From NCBI GenBank assembly GCA_043228905.1, contig JBHGNT010000001.1, positions 29,574,001-29,638,000 of the forward strand: 64,000 nucleotides of DNA, written 5' to 3'. Under the pieces are notes generated by a model. That model was not told the DNA's origin. It ran no database searches and was given only the letters and a program-made list of their open reading frames with translations. The position numbers and the translations under genes are program-made. The first letter of the stretch is position 1. Each line of letters begins with the position of its first letter. This document shows, piece by piece, positions 12,398 to 27,730 of this stretch. The stretch comes from Azolla caroliniana (taxonomy: Eukaryota > Plantae > Polypodiophyta).

Positions 12398-15300
12398 TTG
12401 ATGTGTGCCTTTAAGCAATTGACGATCATATGCATACAATATTCGTATGATCTACATAATTAGGGGGTAGTCTATGTGCTAATCTTGATTATTAAATTTT
12501 CTTCTCTTGTCATTTTGCAATAGATGTTAAAGCCAAGCTATGCTCCTATTGACATAGTTATTGTTTCACCTACGTTTGGCATCATGCATGACTAGGCAGA
12601 AACTACTATGACAAGTGTTGATCTCACAATTTTCTATATTTTAGGGTAATTTATGTGTGAAGACTTCGTTAACAATCACATAGTTAAGCTAACCTCACAT
12701 GAGGATCAACTAAGGGTTTCAACATGTTAAACTTTTATATGCTTAATACGCAAAACCAAAGTGTTATCAACAAGAACTTCCAAATTTTGTTTGAATGAAA
12801 ATATGTCCACATACATGGACCTCTAATAATGCGCACAATGTAGATGATATCATATGAGATATATCCCTTGGCACTAATTCTTGGACATTGCTCATGTTTA
12901 ACAAAGGTGCACAAGAAGATGGGAATTACTTTAGAACTATAGAAAGGAATATATGTTGGGCCCCCATAAGCACTTCCTATTTCAACATAGCTTAGAAAAG
13001 AACATCACAAAACCACAAGTATGAACATGTAAAATTAACTACTAATTTTAATTGTTGATGGCTATGACATATCCATTATCAAGGTTTACTCATTGTTTTA
13101 TATATGCACCATCAAAAGAGTTCTAACATATGAGCACGTGTTTTGTTTCTAGGTATGGAGGCATGTGAGAGGTTAGCAACATTAGGGATAGCATTGAACT
13201 TGGTCACCTACTTACATGACCAAATGCATGAAACGATCCCTAGTTCGGCTAATGTAGTTACCAATTTTTTGGGGGCCTCTTGTCTCACTTGTTTACTAGG
13301 TGGGTTCATTGCAGATACGTACTTGGGTCGTTATAGAACGATAATTGTTGGATCTTGCATCCAATTTGTTGTAAGTAATATATTCAACCCATCCCCCCCC
13401 CCCCAAAAAAAAATAAAAATAAAAATAAAAAAATAAAAAAATAAAAAAATAAAAAATCAACCCATTTGTATTTCTATTGCATTGAACACAATAAGAAATT
13501 TCCCTTTATCTTTAAATCAATCAAACATGATACACACACATACATTTGTTTGCATGTTTCCACCTTGAGCACACCATATTACAACCAAGGGTTTGTAATA
13601 TGCATGTGTAGTGTAATAGATTTTTGTTTCTATATAATATATGACAAAACAAACTCTGGAATTTTGGCAAACATTATGGTTAAGACATGTATGTATAACA
13701 TGCCAAATTATTTGCAACATTGTTTTCAAATTTCCATCAAGAAGTATTTGTCATTTAATTAGTGTTAAATTTTACCTCAATAATAACTGAAGTGAAAGAA
13801 AGCAATGCATTATATTAACTATTCTTGAAAGATGTTGGCATATGGAATCATTTTCCTCGCGCGAATATACTCAAAATGATTGTATCGTCAGGGATTAATC
13901 CTCATGGTATTGTCGGCATCTCTTGAAAGCTTAAGACCACCTCCATGTGAACTAACCATAAATGGTTCACGATGTGAACCGGCAAGTTCGCGTCAATTAA
14001 TGGTATTATATGGAGGATTGTATATGATAGCTCTTGGAACTGGTGGAATCAAGTCCAATGTATCAGGACTAGGGGCTGATCAATTTGAGGATGGATGCGC
14101 AAAGGGAAGGCAAAAAATGCAATCCTATTTCAATTGGTTTGGAGTCACTTTGTCTGTGGCATCTATAATGGCCGTTACAATACTTGTATATGTGCAAGAC
14201 AATCAAGGGCGAGGAGTAGGGTATGGCATTTCTCTTGCTTGCATGGGAATTTCTCTTGCCTTATTTATAGGTGGCTCAAAAATTTATAGTATTAGACCAC
14301 CTAGAGGTAGTCCTCTCACACAAGTTGCTCAAGTTCTAGTTGCTTCTTGGAGGAACCGTCACTTCCTTATACCAAATGAGACCTCTCATTTCTATAACCA
14401 CAATTGCGAGTCACGAGTTTGTGATTCCCCATCACATCCAAGTTCCTCGACCAATGAACACAAAATCGAGTTCTCTTGTGAACCAAGCCTTCTTCATACA
14501 AATCAATTCTTGTGAGTATCCCTCCATTTCTTATTTTTTACAATTTAGTCATAATTTCTAGGACATGAGAAAAACAAGTTTGTGTTCACATGTGATATTA
14601 GATGGTGGGCAGCTTATTGATATTTAAAAAAAGATCCATTGTAAATTTGTATATGCAAAAGGTTCCCTCAGGATTACAACATTATAAATAAGATTGTGTT
14701 TTCTCTTTGATATTCGACCTAGCTCGAGTGCTTTTGACTATGTAAATTCTTCTTATGAACTCTTTAAAGACACAAAATATGATCAATTTATTTCATACAC
14801 TATGAGACTCTCTTTAATCATGGAATATCCAAAAAATATGCATAAAACTTTCAAATGTATGAAATTTGATAAGCATCATTTGATGCCATCAAGCGCAAAT
14901 CTTTGACATCTAAGTTTCCATTAATTGAACAAACATTAGATCGTATTAAATCACATAAAAATTTGAGGCAAACAAAACAAAACATGTTTCAATTTAACAC
15001 GACTTGAGGATTAATCTTAAAAGGGAACATACATTCTTGTATCGAAAAATGGAATTTCATATCTACATAATAGAAACTAGAGACTAAAAGATTGCATCAG
15101 GATTTTTGTTACGTGAGGTGCCCAAAACTTTTTATCATGCTACGTATATTTAATCAAATTAAAAACAAGGGCTACATTTTTTGGAAAAAAACAAAAACAA
15201 ACAAGGGCTACTTAAAAATATTGAGCTCAAGTGTTTTGAAATTAGATGTTATAGAAGTTATAAATATTTGATTCTACAAAATTCACTTCCACGACATCCC

Positions 15301-16390
15301 ATCCACTCATTTCTCGTCATCGATTGTCAATATAGGAAAATTATTTCACGACATATATGAAATGATAAATGTTTTAGACTTAGTAAGTTTTGCAAATGTG
15401 GAACATATTTTGGATTTAAATACTTTTCTTTTACACCCATTTTATAACGCATTTCACTTGTATGACTTTTTTTTTGACATCAGGTGTTTAGACAAGGCTG
15501 CTCTTATACCTGAACCTACAAACAAGACATTCAATATGATTCAAAGCCCATGGACACATTCTTCCATTACCAAAATAGAAGAAGTTAAAATGTTTCTTCG
15601 ATTGTTACCCATACTTGCAAGCACTACAATGTTTTGGACAACATATGCACAAATGATTACATTCTCTGTTGAGCAAGGAGTAACTTTAAATCGAAAGATA
15701 GGAAGGAACTTTGAGATCCCTCCAGCCTCATTAACCGTATTCATGCAAGTATCTGTCCTAGTTACACTCCCATTGTATGATCGAGTATTGATTCCATTTG
15801 TTAGGTCATGGAGAAGAAATGAGTATGGTATTACAAGCCTTCAACGTATCGGTATAGGCTTAATATTATCCATTCTTTCAATGGTTATTGCATCAATAGT
15901 TGAAAGGAAAAGACTCATAGTAGCACATGATATTCAAAACTTAGGACATACCACATTAACTCTCCCAATGAGTGTTTTCTATCTTGTCCCCCAATATGTA
16001 CTCACTGGAGTTGCAAACGCGCTTATTTACATTGGCCAACTAGACTTATTCTATAGGGAATCTCCATACGGTATGAGAAGTTTCACCACAGGCTTATGCC
16101 TTGGTTCATTTTCAATTGGATTTTTCTTTAGTAGTGCACTAGTTAGTAGTATTAATGGACGAACCAAACATGATGGAAACCTTGGTTGGCTTGCAAATGA
16201 CCTAAATGATGGTCGTTTGGATTACTTTTACTTACTCCTTGCAGGGTTTAGTTTTTGTAGCTTCTTGTTATTCCTTATATTTGCAAAATGGTATATCTAT
16301 AATCACACATGGAAAAGCTCTAGGACATTTTCTAGTGACTCAATAGGTGCAACTCCAACTCCCCAAGTTCTAAGTTCTGATAAAAATTGA
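11904..16390 (+). CDS. NPF6: NRT1/PTR family (NPF) transporter, NPF6/NRT1.1-like, ~621 aa, 4 exons
   Basis: Exons 11904-12024, 13153-13370, 13892-14511 and 15484-16390, all GT-AG and in phase (1866 nt). Motifs GGW, EACER (ExxER), LGGFIADTYLGRYRT, GADQF, PRGSPLTQ, CLDKAA, LQRIGIG, VPQY and RLDYFY. The LATLGIALNLVTYL..H..SANVVTNFLG segment is NPF6-like. Confidence 0.93.
12351..12396. repeat. (CA)n microsatellite in NPF intron 1
   Basis: Read directly from the sequence. Confidence 0.9.
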
Positions 16391-19335
16391 TCATGTTGTG
16401 TTATATGAGAAGTCTATGCTTTTTGTAATGTTTATTGCTATGCAATATTTAATAAATGGGGAGGTTTAAGAAATGTTACATATATAATACCCAATAAATG
16501 TGTTTTTAAGGACTCTCACGTGACTACTATAGTATTTGTAATTCTAAATCTTTTGATTTTGGTTCCTAAAGTGACATCCAAACTCTTTGTCAAACATGAA
16601 TAATGTTGGGTACCCTTTATTAGGATGTACAATGGCATGGGTTATTCCATGAAAAATAAAGAAATTATTTTTTTAAATGATTCGCATATTTAAAAGAATT
16701 GTTTCTGCTCGGAAATAACAAAGCCATTAGATAAAATTCGAAAACAAACAAAAAGCTTTTGATATTTATACGAATACTTTTTTGAAGTTTTGTCGTAACA
16801 AGCTTTTTCTATATTTTAAGACTTGATTCCTTTGCTTTTGAAAGACTAAAACAATCTTGTAGCTTACATACAAAAATACTTTGTTGAAACTTGTGCTCCT
16901 ACAATTGATCCTCTTTCATTATCTATAGCAAGCACTTTTGTAATTGGCAAGATCCGTTGTCACTATTATCATGTCCTTGGAAACCTCTTATAGGTGCAAA
17001 TTCTCCTAGTTTGTGACCTGCCATATGGTTACTCAATGTAGACCAATTAGTGTTCCTAATCATTATCAACAACAATAGGATGAGTGATGATGATGGTGAC
17101 TTATTCTAGAGGCACAAGCGAAATGTTTTTCTATCTACACATTAAGGTTTTCAATCTCACCTATTAAATGATTGTCTGCATAAGAGGACCTTTTTTGCTC
17201 AATGTTTTGTAACTAATTCATTCTAATATCCACTTGTTAACCACTTTTCCAACATCTTCTTGATAGTTGCTCAACTTCATGGCTCATCATGAAACAAGCT
17301 AGCTAAGCTATGATCACCTAGACACAATTCACACTAGTGAGAACAATGATAGATAGATTATATGGGTAGAGAGTTTTTTTGGCCTAGGTATTTTCACAAA
17401 TTTTCAAATGTTAGCTTTTTGAATAATTAGTATCAAATGCTAGTGACTTAATTGATTTTGAGGTGTATAAATAGGAGATGTTTTAATTGATATGTTTACT
17501 AAATTACTATCGATCCAAAATACTTTTATATTGATTTGACACAAGGTCAATTATCCACATGGTTGATCAAACATGAGTTCACTCATAGATACCTAGGTTA
17601 TTTATTTTCTTATGTTAGTGATGTGATGTTTTCATTTGTTGGAGGGATAAACTGGCATATTGGTAATTTTGAAAAATGTAGAGCTATCTAAACTGAAGTA
17701 ATGGGTTCACTCATAGATACCTACATCTATAGGGTTGTTGATGGTTGGAACTGGGCACATAAGGAACATATGGCCATCTTGACCTATTGCTTACTATTGC
17801 AATGATCCCTTCTTATTATGTTGGGTCATGAACGGAGAATCTAGGCAATTATTTTATGTCTTAGGGTTTATTATGCACAATTTGCACTTAGTGGATAAAA
17901 TGTACCTAACAACCAAGTAGATAACAAAGCAAATTTAACATCCTCAAGACTTAACTCTAAATCTTCCATGGCCATGAGTCCAAGCATACACCTTTATGTG
18001 GCCAACTTTATAACTGATGAAAATAGCACATGGATAGGCATGATACATGTGGAGCTTCCATTTACAATCACCAACTAGTCACACATAATGTTTGTCAATG
18101 AATTTGACGAATGCAAAGCACCCTCTTCACTAGAGAGGAGAACACTTGAATTGCACCAAGAGTTGAGGGAGGAACTTTTGAAGAAGCCACCAATTGTTGA
18201 GGGACATTCACACTAGATGGAATCAAACTGGACACAGACAAGTGCACAGTGCAATTTATCCCAAAATATTACTATAAAAAGCAGAAAGAGAAAAACCACT
18301 CTTAAAATATCTACTTTTATATTCAGCTGTAATGTAGGTTGTAGAAATAGTAATTTAGTATTGATATTTCTGTTTCCCCTTCAAACATCCGTTAAATATT
18401 GAGGTTAGCTATTAAATACATAAATAGTAAGCATAAGCATCGTACATGCATAAATCTATGAATTTCCTTGAGCAAAAGCTTCAATGAAATTTCTGCAAAA
18501 CAATCTTTAAAAGCTTTTTCAAAATCACACACAATTCACTTATAATCAACTCTAACTAAAAATACGCTACCACTACTAACATGATGAATATTCAGGATAC
18601 TGCTACTAGTGTGACAATGTTTCTCCATGAATTATGTAAGCTTTATTCTATAGTAACAATCTCATTAGATAATTTCTTTTACATAATCTTTCAAATACCA
18701 TCATTTCAAGCTAACTTTATAGCTCATGTTGATATATAAACCTATCTGATATCAAATCCAATGATTGCATGATATTAAAGCTGGGAACACACATCCAAGG
18801 ACACTGATTTCACATGACAATCACGCTATCGCGCTTTCAAACTAAAACATGTTTCACAAAATTAAAAGCACAAAAAGACCTGAAAGATTTTTGCTCATCA
18901 CCTCTGGTGAATCATAAACTAATAGCTGCCATCTACAACGTGAAGTCATTGGACTTTTAAACAACTTAGGCTCAAAGAATACCATGATACCTTGTGCAAA
19001 CTATACTGTAAAAGGAAGTCAAGAGTCAAGCGGTATCCTCAAAAAGTTATGTGAAAGGAATCCTCCAAGAGTTAGAACAAAGGAGCTTGATTGCAATTAC
19101 ATTCAATGAAAAAAATAGAACTTAGAAAAAGTGGTCTAATGCTAGAAAACTAAGTCAAAATCTTAGGGAAAAAATACTCACAACATCAGATCACGATATC
19201 TGAAATCGAAGAGATGTTTGCTTTAGTTGTTCCTCAGTGAGCTATTAAAGAACTGCCCCAAAAATTATTACAACAGATGTGGAAAACAGATTTGTTCCTC
19301 ACATTTTAGACATTTCCAGAATTACAAAAGGAGAT

Positions 19336-20476
19336 CTACCGCATAACACACCGTAATGTGTTAATCCTTGATGATAATATGCTAATCAGATCATGCAAAG
19401 CATCACACTGACCTTCCACTATTGTTCTACACGTGACTTCAGGCTGCCAATTCTGAAATATTGATATAATCCTCTCGCCCATCTCATTCACTGATGAAGA
19501 AGAACCTGAGACCACCAAGGCATGGAGGACCAAACCAGGCTTCACAAAATTGTTATCAACAATACTCATTTCCTTTCCATTTGCAAGTAAATCTACATAA
19601 ACACTCTCATTCTTCACGTTCAAAGCTCCAGATAGTAATCTGGTCCATGACATTAATTTCTCTAATTCAATACAGAACTCTTCAGTACATCTATGGAGAA
19701 CTGTGAGGAGATTAGAATCAGCTGAGGCATCTCCTATCACTTGAGCCGCTGAGCCTTTTTTCTTCTTCTTTCCGGCTTTGCTAGTGGGCTGCAACCCTCT
19801 AATCCAAGAGTGTAGACAGAGAACATACCATGAAAAACCCTCTGTTACAACTGAAATGAGGGAAGGAAATGATGACCATGATGCCACTATATCTACTTCG
19901 GAAAACTGCTCATCATCTTCGAGATTAGATGCTCGTGCAAAGTTTGTAAGCTCAGAGAAAAGATATTTTGCAAATTCATTCAAGCAAAGCAAGGGTTTGG
20001 TTGAACACTGTGACGCAATCTCATAGGCAACCCAGAACAAGAAAAGTGAGAACACCTCTGTGGCGTCCAAATTAAGTTCCTGTCAAAGAAAATGTGAATG
20101 TTAATTTAATTTACTTACTTCGTGATACTGAACAGGTTTGGAATTGATGAGTAAACTTACATGTGAATCAAATGTTCTGAAGGTGATCAATATGGATTTT
20201 GTATGGATTTTGGATGTGCAGGTATTGTTAGGTTATTTTGGTGCCATCACACCTTTGTTCCACATGTAGAAAATGCATTTGCATATAGGATGCAACTGAG
20301 GTTTCTGTGGTTATGGTCACGGTGTTGGCTATGTTCACCCCTATAACTTTACAGAGAATATATACACTGTTGTGGTTTATCTATCCCATTTAGCATATCC
20401 CCTACTGGTTTACTTAAGTTGTGACTAGCAAATAGTGCCTGAGTGACATCTCTTCTCTATTGTCTTTTCATATTTT

Positions 20477-20519
<43 letters not shown>

Positions 20520-23500
20520 TTACTACCGTAGTGTGGGATCTCAATGATGAAATATCTGCAGAGATGTCTGGTAGTTTCTCCCATGAAATGCCAAGCAGTG
20601 TCCCATACTTTGCCACAAGATCTTTCAACTCATTCAAACAACCCACCGCATCACCATTTTCCCTCCCCGATTCCCTGAACCGAACTGCACCCATGGATAA
20701 ATATATCAATCGAGGCAGCAAAGATCGTTTGCGCAGCTCATTGCGCCACTTTTCATGAGTCTGCAACACAACAAAATTCACTGACTAAGTTTTCTTTTGA
20801 ATAAAACCTTGTTTGGATGCAAACGTTGAAACTATTTGTAGTAGATACAATACCTTGGTTTCTGTCTTATGTGATGCTGACTCTCCATTCGCAGTGCCTG
20901 TTGATGCCAAGCATAGAGAAAGAGTTGAGACTACTTATACAGTTTATATGTTGTAATCAGGCGTTTAATACTGCCAGTTGCCTTTAAGGCTTCATATCAA
21001 TGGCACAAATTACATTGACTATTTAGCAAAAGAGTTGAGCTATTAGTTAAACACAGATATAAATGTTGCCTATTTACTATTTGTTCATGTAAAACATTTT
21101 TCCCTGGTGGATTACAGCAACTGAGATAAAGAACAGGAGCTGACCCTCAACCTGCAGCTTAAAAGACAAGGCTGGAACACCACTAAGCTGTCCAAAAGAC
21201 TATTACATGGGATTCACAAAGTTCATGTAGATTAAAGCAATTTCCATGCTAACATGATTTAGAGCATTGCACACAATGAAAAACAATTTGAGCTCTTAAT
21301 GAATATATAGATGATATAACAAGATTAAAATGGCTGTTTTTAAACGATTTTTTCAAAGGCAATGTGTTCCCATTAAGGGAAAAACCAATCAAATTTTTGC
21401 TTGTTGCTCATTAGAATTTGCAACAATGATTATAATTACGAACCTTCGAAAGATAATAACATATTTGCCTGACAGATTTGAACTAAATCCTTGAAAATCT
21501 AAACAAGAGGTGGCTCATATATGTGAACTTCAAAACTTAAGCAAAGGCTGATAACATAAGATTATTTGGCAAAAGATTCATGATGTTTCATACCCTCATA
21601 CCTATCAAACTACATTCGTGAGGTGTAGGCGACCACCATGGTCGTGTATCAAGAGCTTCATTGAATGATAAGGTGGCCAACTTCTCATCCATCCCAAAGT
21701 TTAAAGCTTCAACCCCATAACGCAGCTTCTCAAAAACTACCTGATCAAAGATATTAAACACTGTTAACTTTTCTCACAAAATGGGTTATGAGGGGATTTA
21801 CATTTGTAAATCATAAAATAGTTAGAAGGCTTCACCATTATTTCATCTGGACTGTGTGCTTTCAGTTTGAGCTGTAAAACAGCATCCTCAACCTTTGCAA
21901 GTAAAAGGTTATGGGAGTGCCGGAGTCTGTCTTTGAATTGAACAAACTCCAATACCTGGAAGCATAGTTAGAAATATGAATTCTTGTAGCTTAGGTAATA
22001 TAATTAGAACATACATTTGCAACTAGCAATTTCTTCATTTAGATAGAAATCAAAGATAATGATAAGAGCCTTGGTGAATCATTAATGGTGTTCATACTTT
22101 GGAATAGTTACAGTGTCTATATGCCAATATTACAAGGTCAGCTGCTTCTTTGACATAATCCTCATGAAACTTCACAATATCTTTCAACATCAAATCCAAC
22201 TGTGACCATTGTGTACTTTTGACTAAAGAAGTTAGCATATGATGTGACATAGTCTCGATCAGAATATTCTTAATATCCAGTGTCTTGTACCTGCGAAGAA
22301 GGATACACACATTAAAGTTAGTTGACCATAAGTGTGTTACATTGGCCAGGACAAAGAGCTCTTAGGTCGATACATGATACTTTACCATGCAAAAGCTGTA
22401 GAAGAGCAAAATAATGTTGAATATAAGCTTGTAAGCATTATCTTACACTGGGAAGAAAACCTAGAAAAGTACAATATCCCCAAATGATTTTAGAATATAT
22501 AGACAAGGTGTACAAATGCATCTATAAATACATCGCCATGTATTATATTTGCAAGCCACACACAAGTTTCCAGGGCATAGATCATGCATATTATACTTAT
22601 TTTTCAGATATGATATTTAGTATACATCCAATAAATATCTGTGGCTTACTCAGAAACGTTTCACAGATATAAAAAGCTACTCCATGAATAATAATTTATA
22701 AATGCAAATACAAGCATAATTCCTATACATTGCCACATACAATTCATGCAAATCACACACAAGTTTACAGTGCCAAAGATATGATATTTAGTATACTTGT
22801 CATAAATGTATACTTGTTTGCCAAAGATTCAAGATCATTATGATATTTAGTATACATCCTGTAAATATCTGCAAATTACTCAAAAATTATTCACATATCT
22901 ATAAAATTGTACTCTTCGAATAAAAAATTATGAATGCAGATACATGAACAATTCCTGCATATACATATACATGCATACATATATGTACACAAATGAATGA
23001 ATACAAAATTTAAGATTGCTGAAAAAGACCATATACGACTGTGTGTACATAAAGAGAAGCACATAATTTGAGTGCTCAATGATTGCCCCGAATTAAGGAA
23101 ACACTTACTTTCTCATTGCAAGTCCAAATTCTAAAATCAAGATTGACTCAACCACATATCCAGGATCTTTGGTGCGCAGAAATAACTATGAATAAAAGAG
23201 AGAAGAAATTATAACCCGCATACACTTTATGATATTTATAATAATTAAGAATGTCAGAGAAATGACAATAAATAATACCTGAATCAAAATGTAAACAACG
23301 ATTGTTATAAATTCTTCCCCATGCATACATTCTTGTGGATCTAAATCTTTCGAAAGCTTCAAGCCAGTCACATAAAGATTTGCATTGTCAATAGCTTTTG
23401 CTAGTAAATCTGCAAAGGAAGTGAGTATGTATTCAAATCAGATAATATAGAAAACCAAGAGTGAATAAAAACTTTCAATCATCCTGTTTCTATGTGTGTA

Positions 23501-26500
23501 CAAACCATTGATACTTTAATACCCATAAAAATCCAAAAGTTTGAAGAGTGTCCGAAATTATGAATATGTAGAGTAAGGGATAGAATATTAAAGAGATATA
23601 TGCATGAATCAAAATAGTGATTTTCTTACAAACCTCCATTTGAAGTTCCTGCCATTGAGCCAAGCTGCATCTCTACCTGAAACAAGCTCAGCTTCTTTCT
23701 CAGCAGATGTAAAGAATTCTCGCTTTCAGCTTTACTGTAAGCCTTGTATAGATTCTCAACAAGGTCAACAGAACCCTGTCTTTGAACAAACTCTAAATAG
23801 AGTTTAATGTCAGACGTAAAGCTGACCATGTGGCCGAATCTGTTTATACATGGGCATAATGTCAAGCTTTCAGAAACAGAAAATTTGTATGATAAGAGAC
23901 AAAGAGCTTTATACCTTTCATAATACCCCACTATAGCAGTACATATGCTGCTACAAGTGGTCTTACTGTTTCCCTGACCAAATTGGAGAAGGAAACGTCT
24001 TCTCTCAATCTCTATATTCCCAATAAAGGGTCCTCTTCTTAGCTCATGATTATCTTTATTTTGCAGCCTTTGAAGGAAGACACTTGCATCTTCAAGTCTT
24101 GACTCTGCCTGTGTTTAACATGGATGCAACTTTAGAAAGCATCTTCTAAATGTGATCCTAAAACTTAAATTATACCTCTTCATATGGCAATCTTGTAACT
24201 GCTTCAAATATTTCTGTATTCGCAGGATCTGATTGAGACAAATCGTAATCTGGGGCTTCCAATGTGGCATCTAGATATAGCATAAATGCAACCCAATCAT
24301 CTGAGCTGTTTCCATCAAGAAAATAGATGTCAATGGATGTGAACAACTGTATCCATAGAGAAAACTAGAAAATGAACATAACCCAGCGTGCACAGAATAA
24401 GCCTTTCTGAGAAAAAAGACATGGACAGCATCAAAATCTTGTGCCCTATGTGTAAGCAAGCCGATAACAGAACACATCAACCACTTTTTCAATTCATCTT
24501 CTTTAACTATACACCAGCAAGGTGTATACCAAGAATCAAAACTAGCAAAATGCTGTGTCCTACGTGTAAGGAAGTGTATAATAATACATACCGACCACTT
24601 TTTTAATTCATCTTTTCTGCTGATAGCTCACACATGTCACACAACATTATATTTGGAAAAAGAGAACAAACATTATACCTCGTCTCCAACAGCTCTTGGA
24701 AAACATTTGCAGCAAGATTGTATTGGTGTGATAAAAGCAGCAGCTTACCCTAGCAGCTTGTGGACAAATTGCACACCAGAAAAATTTAGTAACCTTCCTC
24801 GTTGATGAACACTGCCATGATGTTAGCTGACAAAATTGGATTCCCCTTGACAGGTACTCACCTTCAACTTCAGTTTGTCATTTACAATGCTGAAAAGTTC
24901 ACCAGATTTGTTTGAAAGGATGTCTATAGCAGACACATATTTCCCCTCGTATTCCAATAGCGTGGAATAGACTAGCAATGCTGTCCACACAAAACTCTTT
25001 AGCCATTTTCAAATAGTTGTAAAGAAAAGAGAATAATAAATTATGTGAGAAGCAAGAACGTTTTCCAATTTTCCTAATATACATTTTTAAGGAGAGGTCA
25101 AGAAGCTGAAAACCTTCAAGTTCTTCAAATCCATGGGTATCTAGTCTTTTTTTCAATAAAGCCTCCCCCAATGACAACAATGTTTTATCTCCATTTCCAC
25201 AATAAACCTGAAACCATTTCAATTGCAATTTTGATATGGCGCTCATAAGATTAGCATGGACCATTCCCTTACAGATTTTATCTATGAAACGTTCAATCAG
25301 TTTCTATTCATGTAACCTGCAACTGGATGCTGCAGATAGCCCACAACAAAAAACGTTCCTCTTGAAAGAGCTTGTACATCTTCATTGCTATCTAGATAAA
25401 AGGTGATATATAGGCTGTTTATGAGGAGTCCAAATGTCAATTGCAGACATAATTTTAGGCATTAAGAGATAATCTACATACCTGCTGCTGCTTTAAAAAA
25501 GAATAATCTCGCACATAACAGTTAAAGAGACCCATCATCAAGTCTATGTTATTGGGGGTCTTACTACACGCTTTCTCGTAGCAGGCCGTGGCTTGTTCAG
25601 CTACAAAAAGCAATCAATACATGTAAGACTGGTTGATGTTTTTTGGAAACAAATCGCATGTACTTTGTAGCACTTATCCAATTGGTTTTTAAATTTTACA
25701 CTCACGACGGCCTAATCGTTGAAACACAATCTGTAATGTGCTTAATGTGAGATCATCTGTTGGCTCCGATGCTTTTGCTTGTTCACACAAAGTAAGAGCT
25801 TCCTCTTGCTTTTCCATCCTCTCCAACACCAAAGCTTTCAATACCTAATATGTTCAAAGCAATGAAGGCTAAATATCCACATATTTCACGATTATCAACC
25901 TACTGTATCATAGTTAGGGAAATGCAATAAACAACCTATGTACCCTATCTATCATCGGGTATCCATTGCATGATGAGAACGTTATTATACCCATAATATA
26001 CCTCAAGCTCGTTAATTATCATTTAAAGAAGATTATCTATGGAATTCAAGTGCTCAGTCGCATGTAAGCTTATTGGGACAGACACTATTTTCCAACCTTT
26101 GAAGCACCAGAACAGCCAGTATAATTTGCTTGATATGTGTTTGTATTCAAAATAATGAATTATATATCCAACGAAATTGTTCTATTTCACACCTATTCAT
26201 ACTGTAGAGTTTGCAGGATTTACTTTAGTATTCGAAATGTTCGACGGTATTGATTCTGGAGAGTATTGTTTCAGATCTATTTGTAGATGGAGTTCACAGT
26301 GTATTATTTTGCAGGATATGTGTTTGTTTCGACAAATTGAATGGGACAAGAAAAGAGATATATGTCGTTTCCACTCTTGCTCAAAACAAGTGCTCAGGTA
26401 CATGTTACCTTAAAAAGAAGTCTAACAGAAACAGTTTCAGATCAATATCTGTACTGAAATGCAGTTTTTTGAATCCTTTGAAGTTAATACACATGCTATC

Positions 26501-27270
26501 AAACAACTTAAGTCTTTGACACTCTTATCATTGGCTCTTTGACCTTCAAAATAAATACTTATACTTCAATGCAATGCTTGAAATCACTAAGATCATCAGG
26601 AAGCATCCGTATTTGGCATGTCCTTCCATACACCTTCTTTAGTCTCTTTGATACGTAACGTTAGTTCTCTACAGAATGTGGATCTACATAGAGCAATAGC
26701 ATCAAAACATGCATTCCAATATCAAAACTCTTCACATCCATTGAAGGATCAAAACATGTATTCCAATTATCTTCACTAGTGTTTGTATACAAAATCCTGA
26801 ATAGAGAGGACATACACCTACTTGAATTCTGTTATATCCTTAAGCATAGCTCTAATGAGCCATTGACAGACCAATATCTATACTGAAATGCACTACTTCG
26901 AGTATAATAATTGTCTTGATTAAATTTAGTTTGCAAATATGACAATAGATATGACAGCATGTCTATACTAACTGAACCGCTTCATATCCAATTTTGAAGA
27001 GTCAGAGCAACTTGCAATCAAATTTCTCGATGTAATTGATGTGAAAAACCTACTTAGAGCCTCTCAGCCCTGAAAACTTAGCTATTTGCATGCAATTTAT
27101 ACAAATATTCGTACTCTATATTCAAATTTCTCAATTATTTACGATACGAAACTAATTATAACCTTTTTTATCCTTATAATTTGGACATAAAATCATGACA
27201 AAACCTGACATTGAAAGAAACAGCAAAGAACGAAAATTTCTCAAGGGAAAAAAGAAAGAAAAACAATGAC

Positions 27271-27301
<31 letters not shown>

Positions 27302-27444
27302 AAGAAGAAGAATATTACCAGCAAATAGACTGAATCAGGATGTTTCGCAAGGAGAGAAGATGCAAGTTTGAGAGCAGACTTGTAGTGTCTTGAGTCTATG
27401 GCATCCCACAGAGGTCTCAGTCGCCTCTCTCCAACGGAGCTCAT
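19336..27444 (-). CDS. NAA25: N-terminal acetyltransferase B (NatB) auxiliary subunit, ~1009 aa, 19 exons
   Basis: Starts MSSVGERRLRPLWDAIDSRHYKSALK, with MKMYK..ERFLLWA, RGPFIGNIEIE, RFGHMVSFTSD, YKTLDIKNILIETMSHH, AYRHCNYSKV.EFVQFKDRL and RPWWSP. Exons: 27444-27319, 25844-25706, 25600-25482, 25391-25317, 25207-25114, 24980-24862, 24749-24679, 24305-24176, 24108-23915, 23839-23634, 23409-23279, 23185-23109, 22460-22386, 22290-22098, 21955-21836, 21740-21602, 20897-20854, 20760-20527, 20079-19336. All are GT-AG and sum to 3030 nt in frame. Exons 16-17 are the least certain. Confidence 0.92.
22600..22885. repeat. Degenerate intronic repeats in NAA25 intron 12
   Basis: tatgatatttagtatac occurs three times (~22609, ~22780, ~22839) with related flanks. 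Confidence 0.65.
24433..24616. repeat. Degenerate ~113-bp-spaced duplication in NAA25 intron 7
   Basis: tgtg.cta.gtgtaag.aag...ataa.a.a.acat...accactttt..aattcatctt occurs twice. Confidence 0.65.
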
Positions 27445-27730
27445 GATTCTTGGTTCTGTTGTCTTTCTTCGTACACAGAGCTCCTGCTGTTGCTAGGGTT
27501 TGTGCGCGCACATCTACTACTTTGCTTCCTGACTGGTTTTGCTTACATGCTTGCTTGCTTGCTATGTATATGTATACATATAATGATATATATATGTATG
27601 TCTCTCTCAATACAAGCAAAACAGTGGCAGAAGGAGAAGAAGGTACCACCAAATTCAAGCCACTCACAAGCTTTATGAAAACTATGCTCGTCATTTTCCA
27701 TATTTACATATATATGCTTGGGGGGCTAAA

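Noticed and set aside
22600-24616. Intronic snoRNA cluster in the duplicated NAA25 intron segments
   Set aside because: I could not find canonical C/D or H/ACA boxes on the sense strand.
25247-25259. 13-nt U6-like match AAGATTAGCATGG in NAA25 intron 4, complementary in the pre-mRNA to the upstream U6 fragment
   Set aside because: On the sense strand it is simply a branch-point-like GCTAAT about 40 nt before the 3' splice site, and the match is short enough to be chance.
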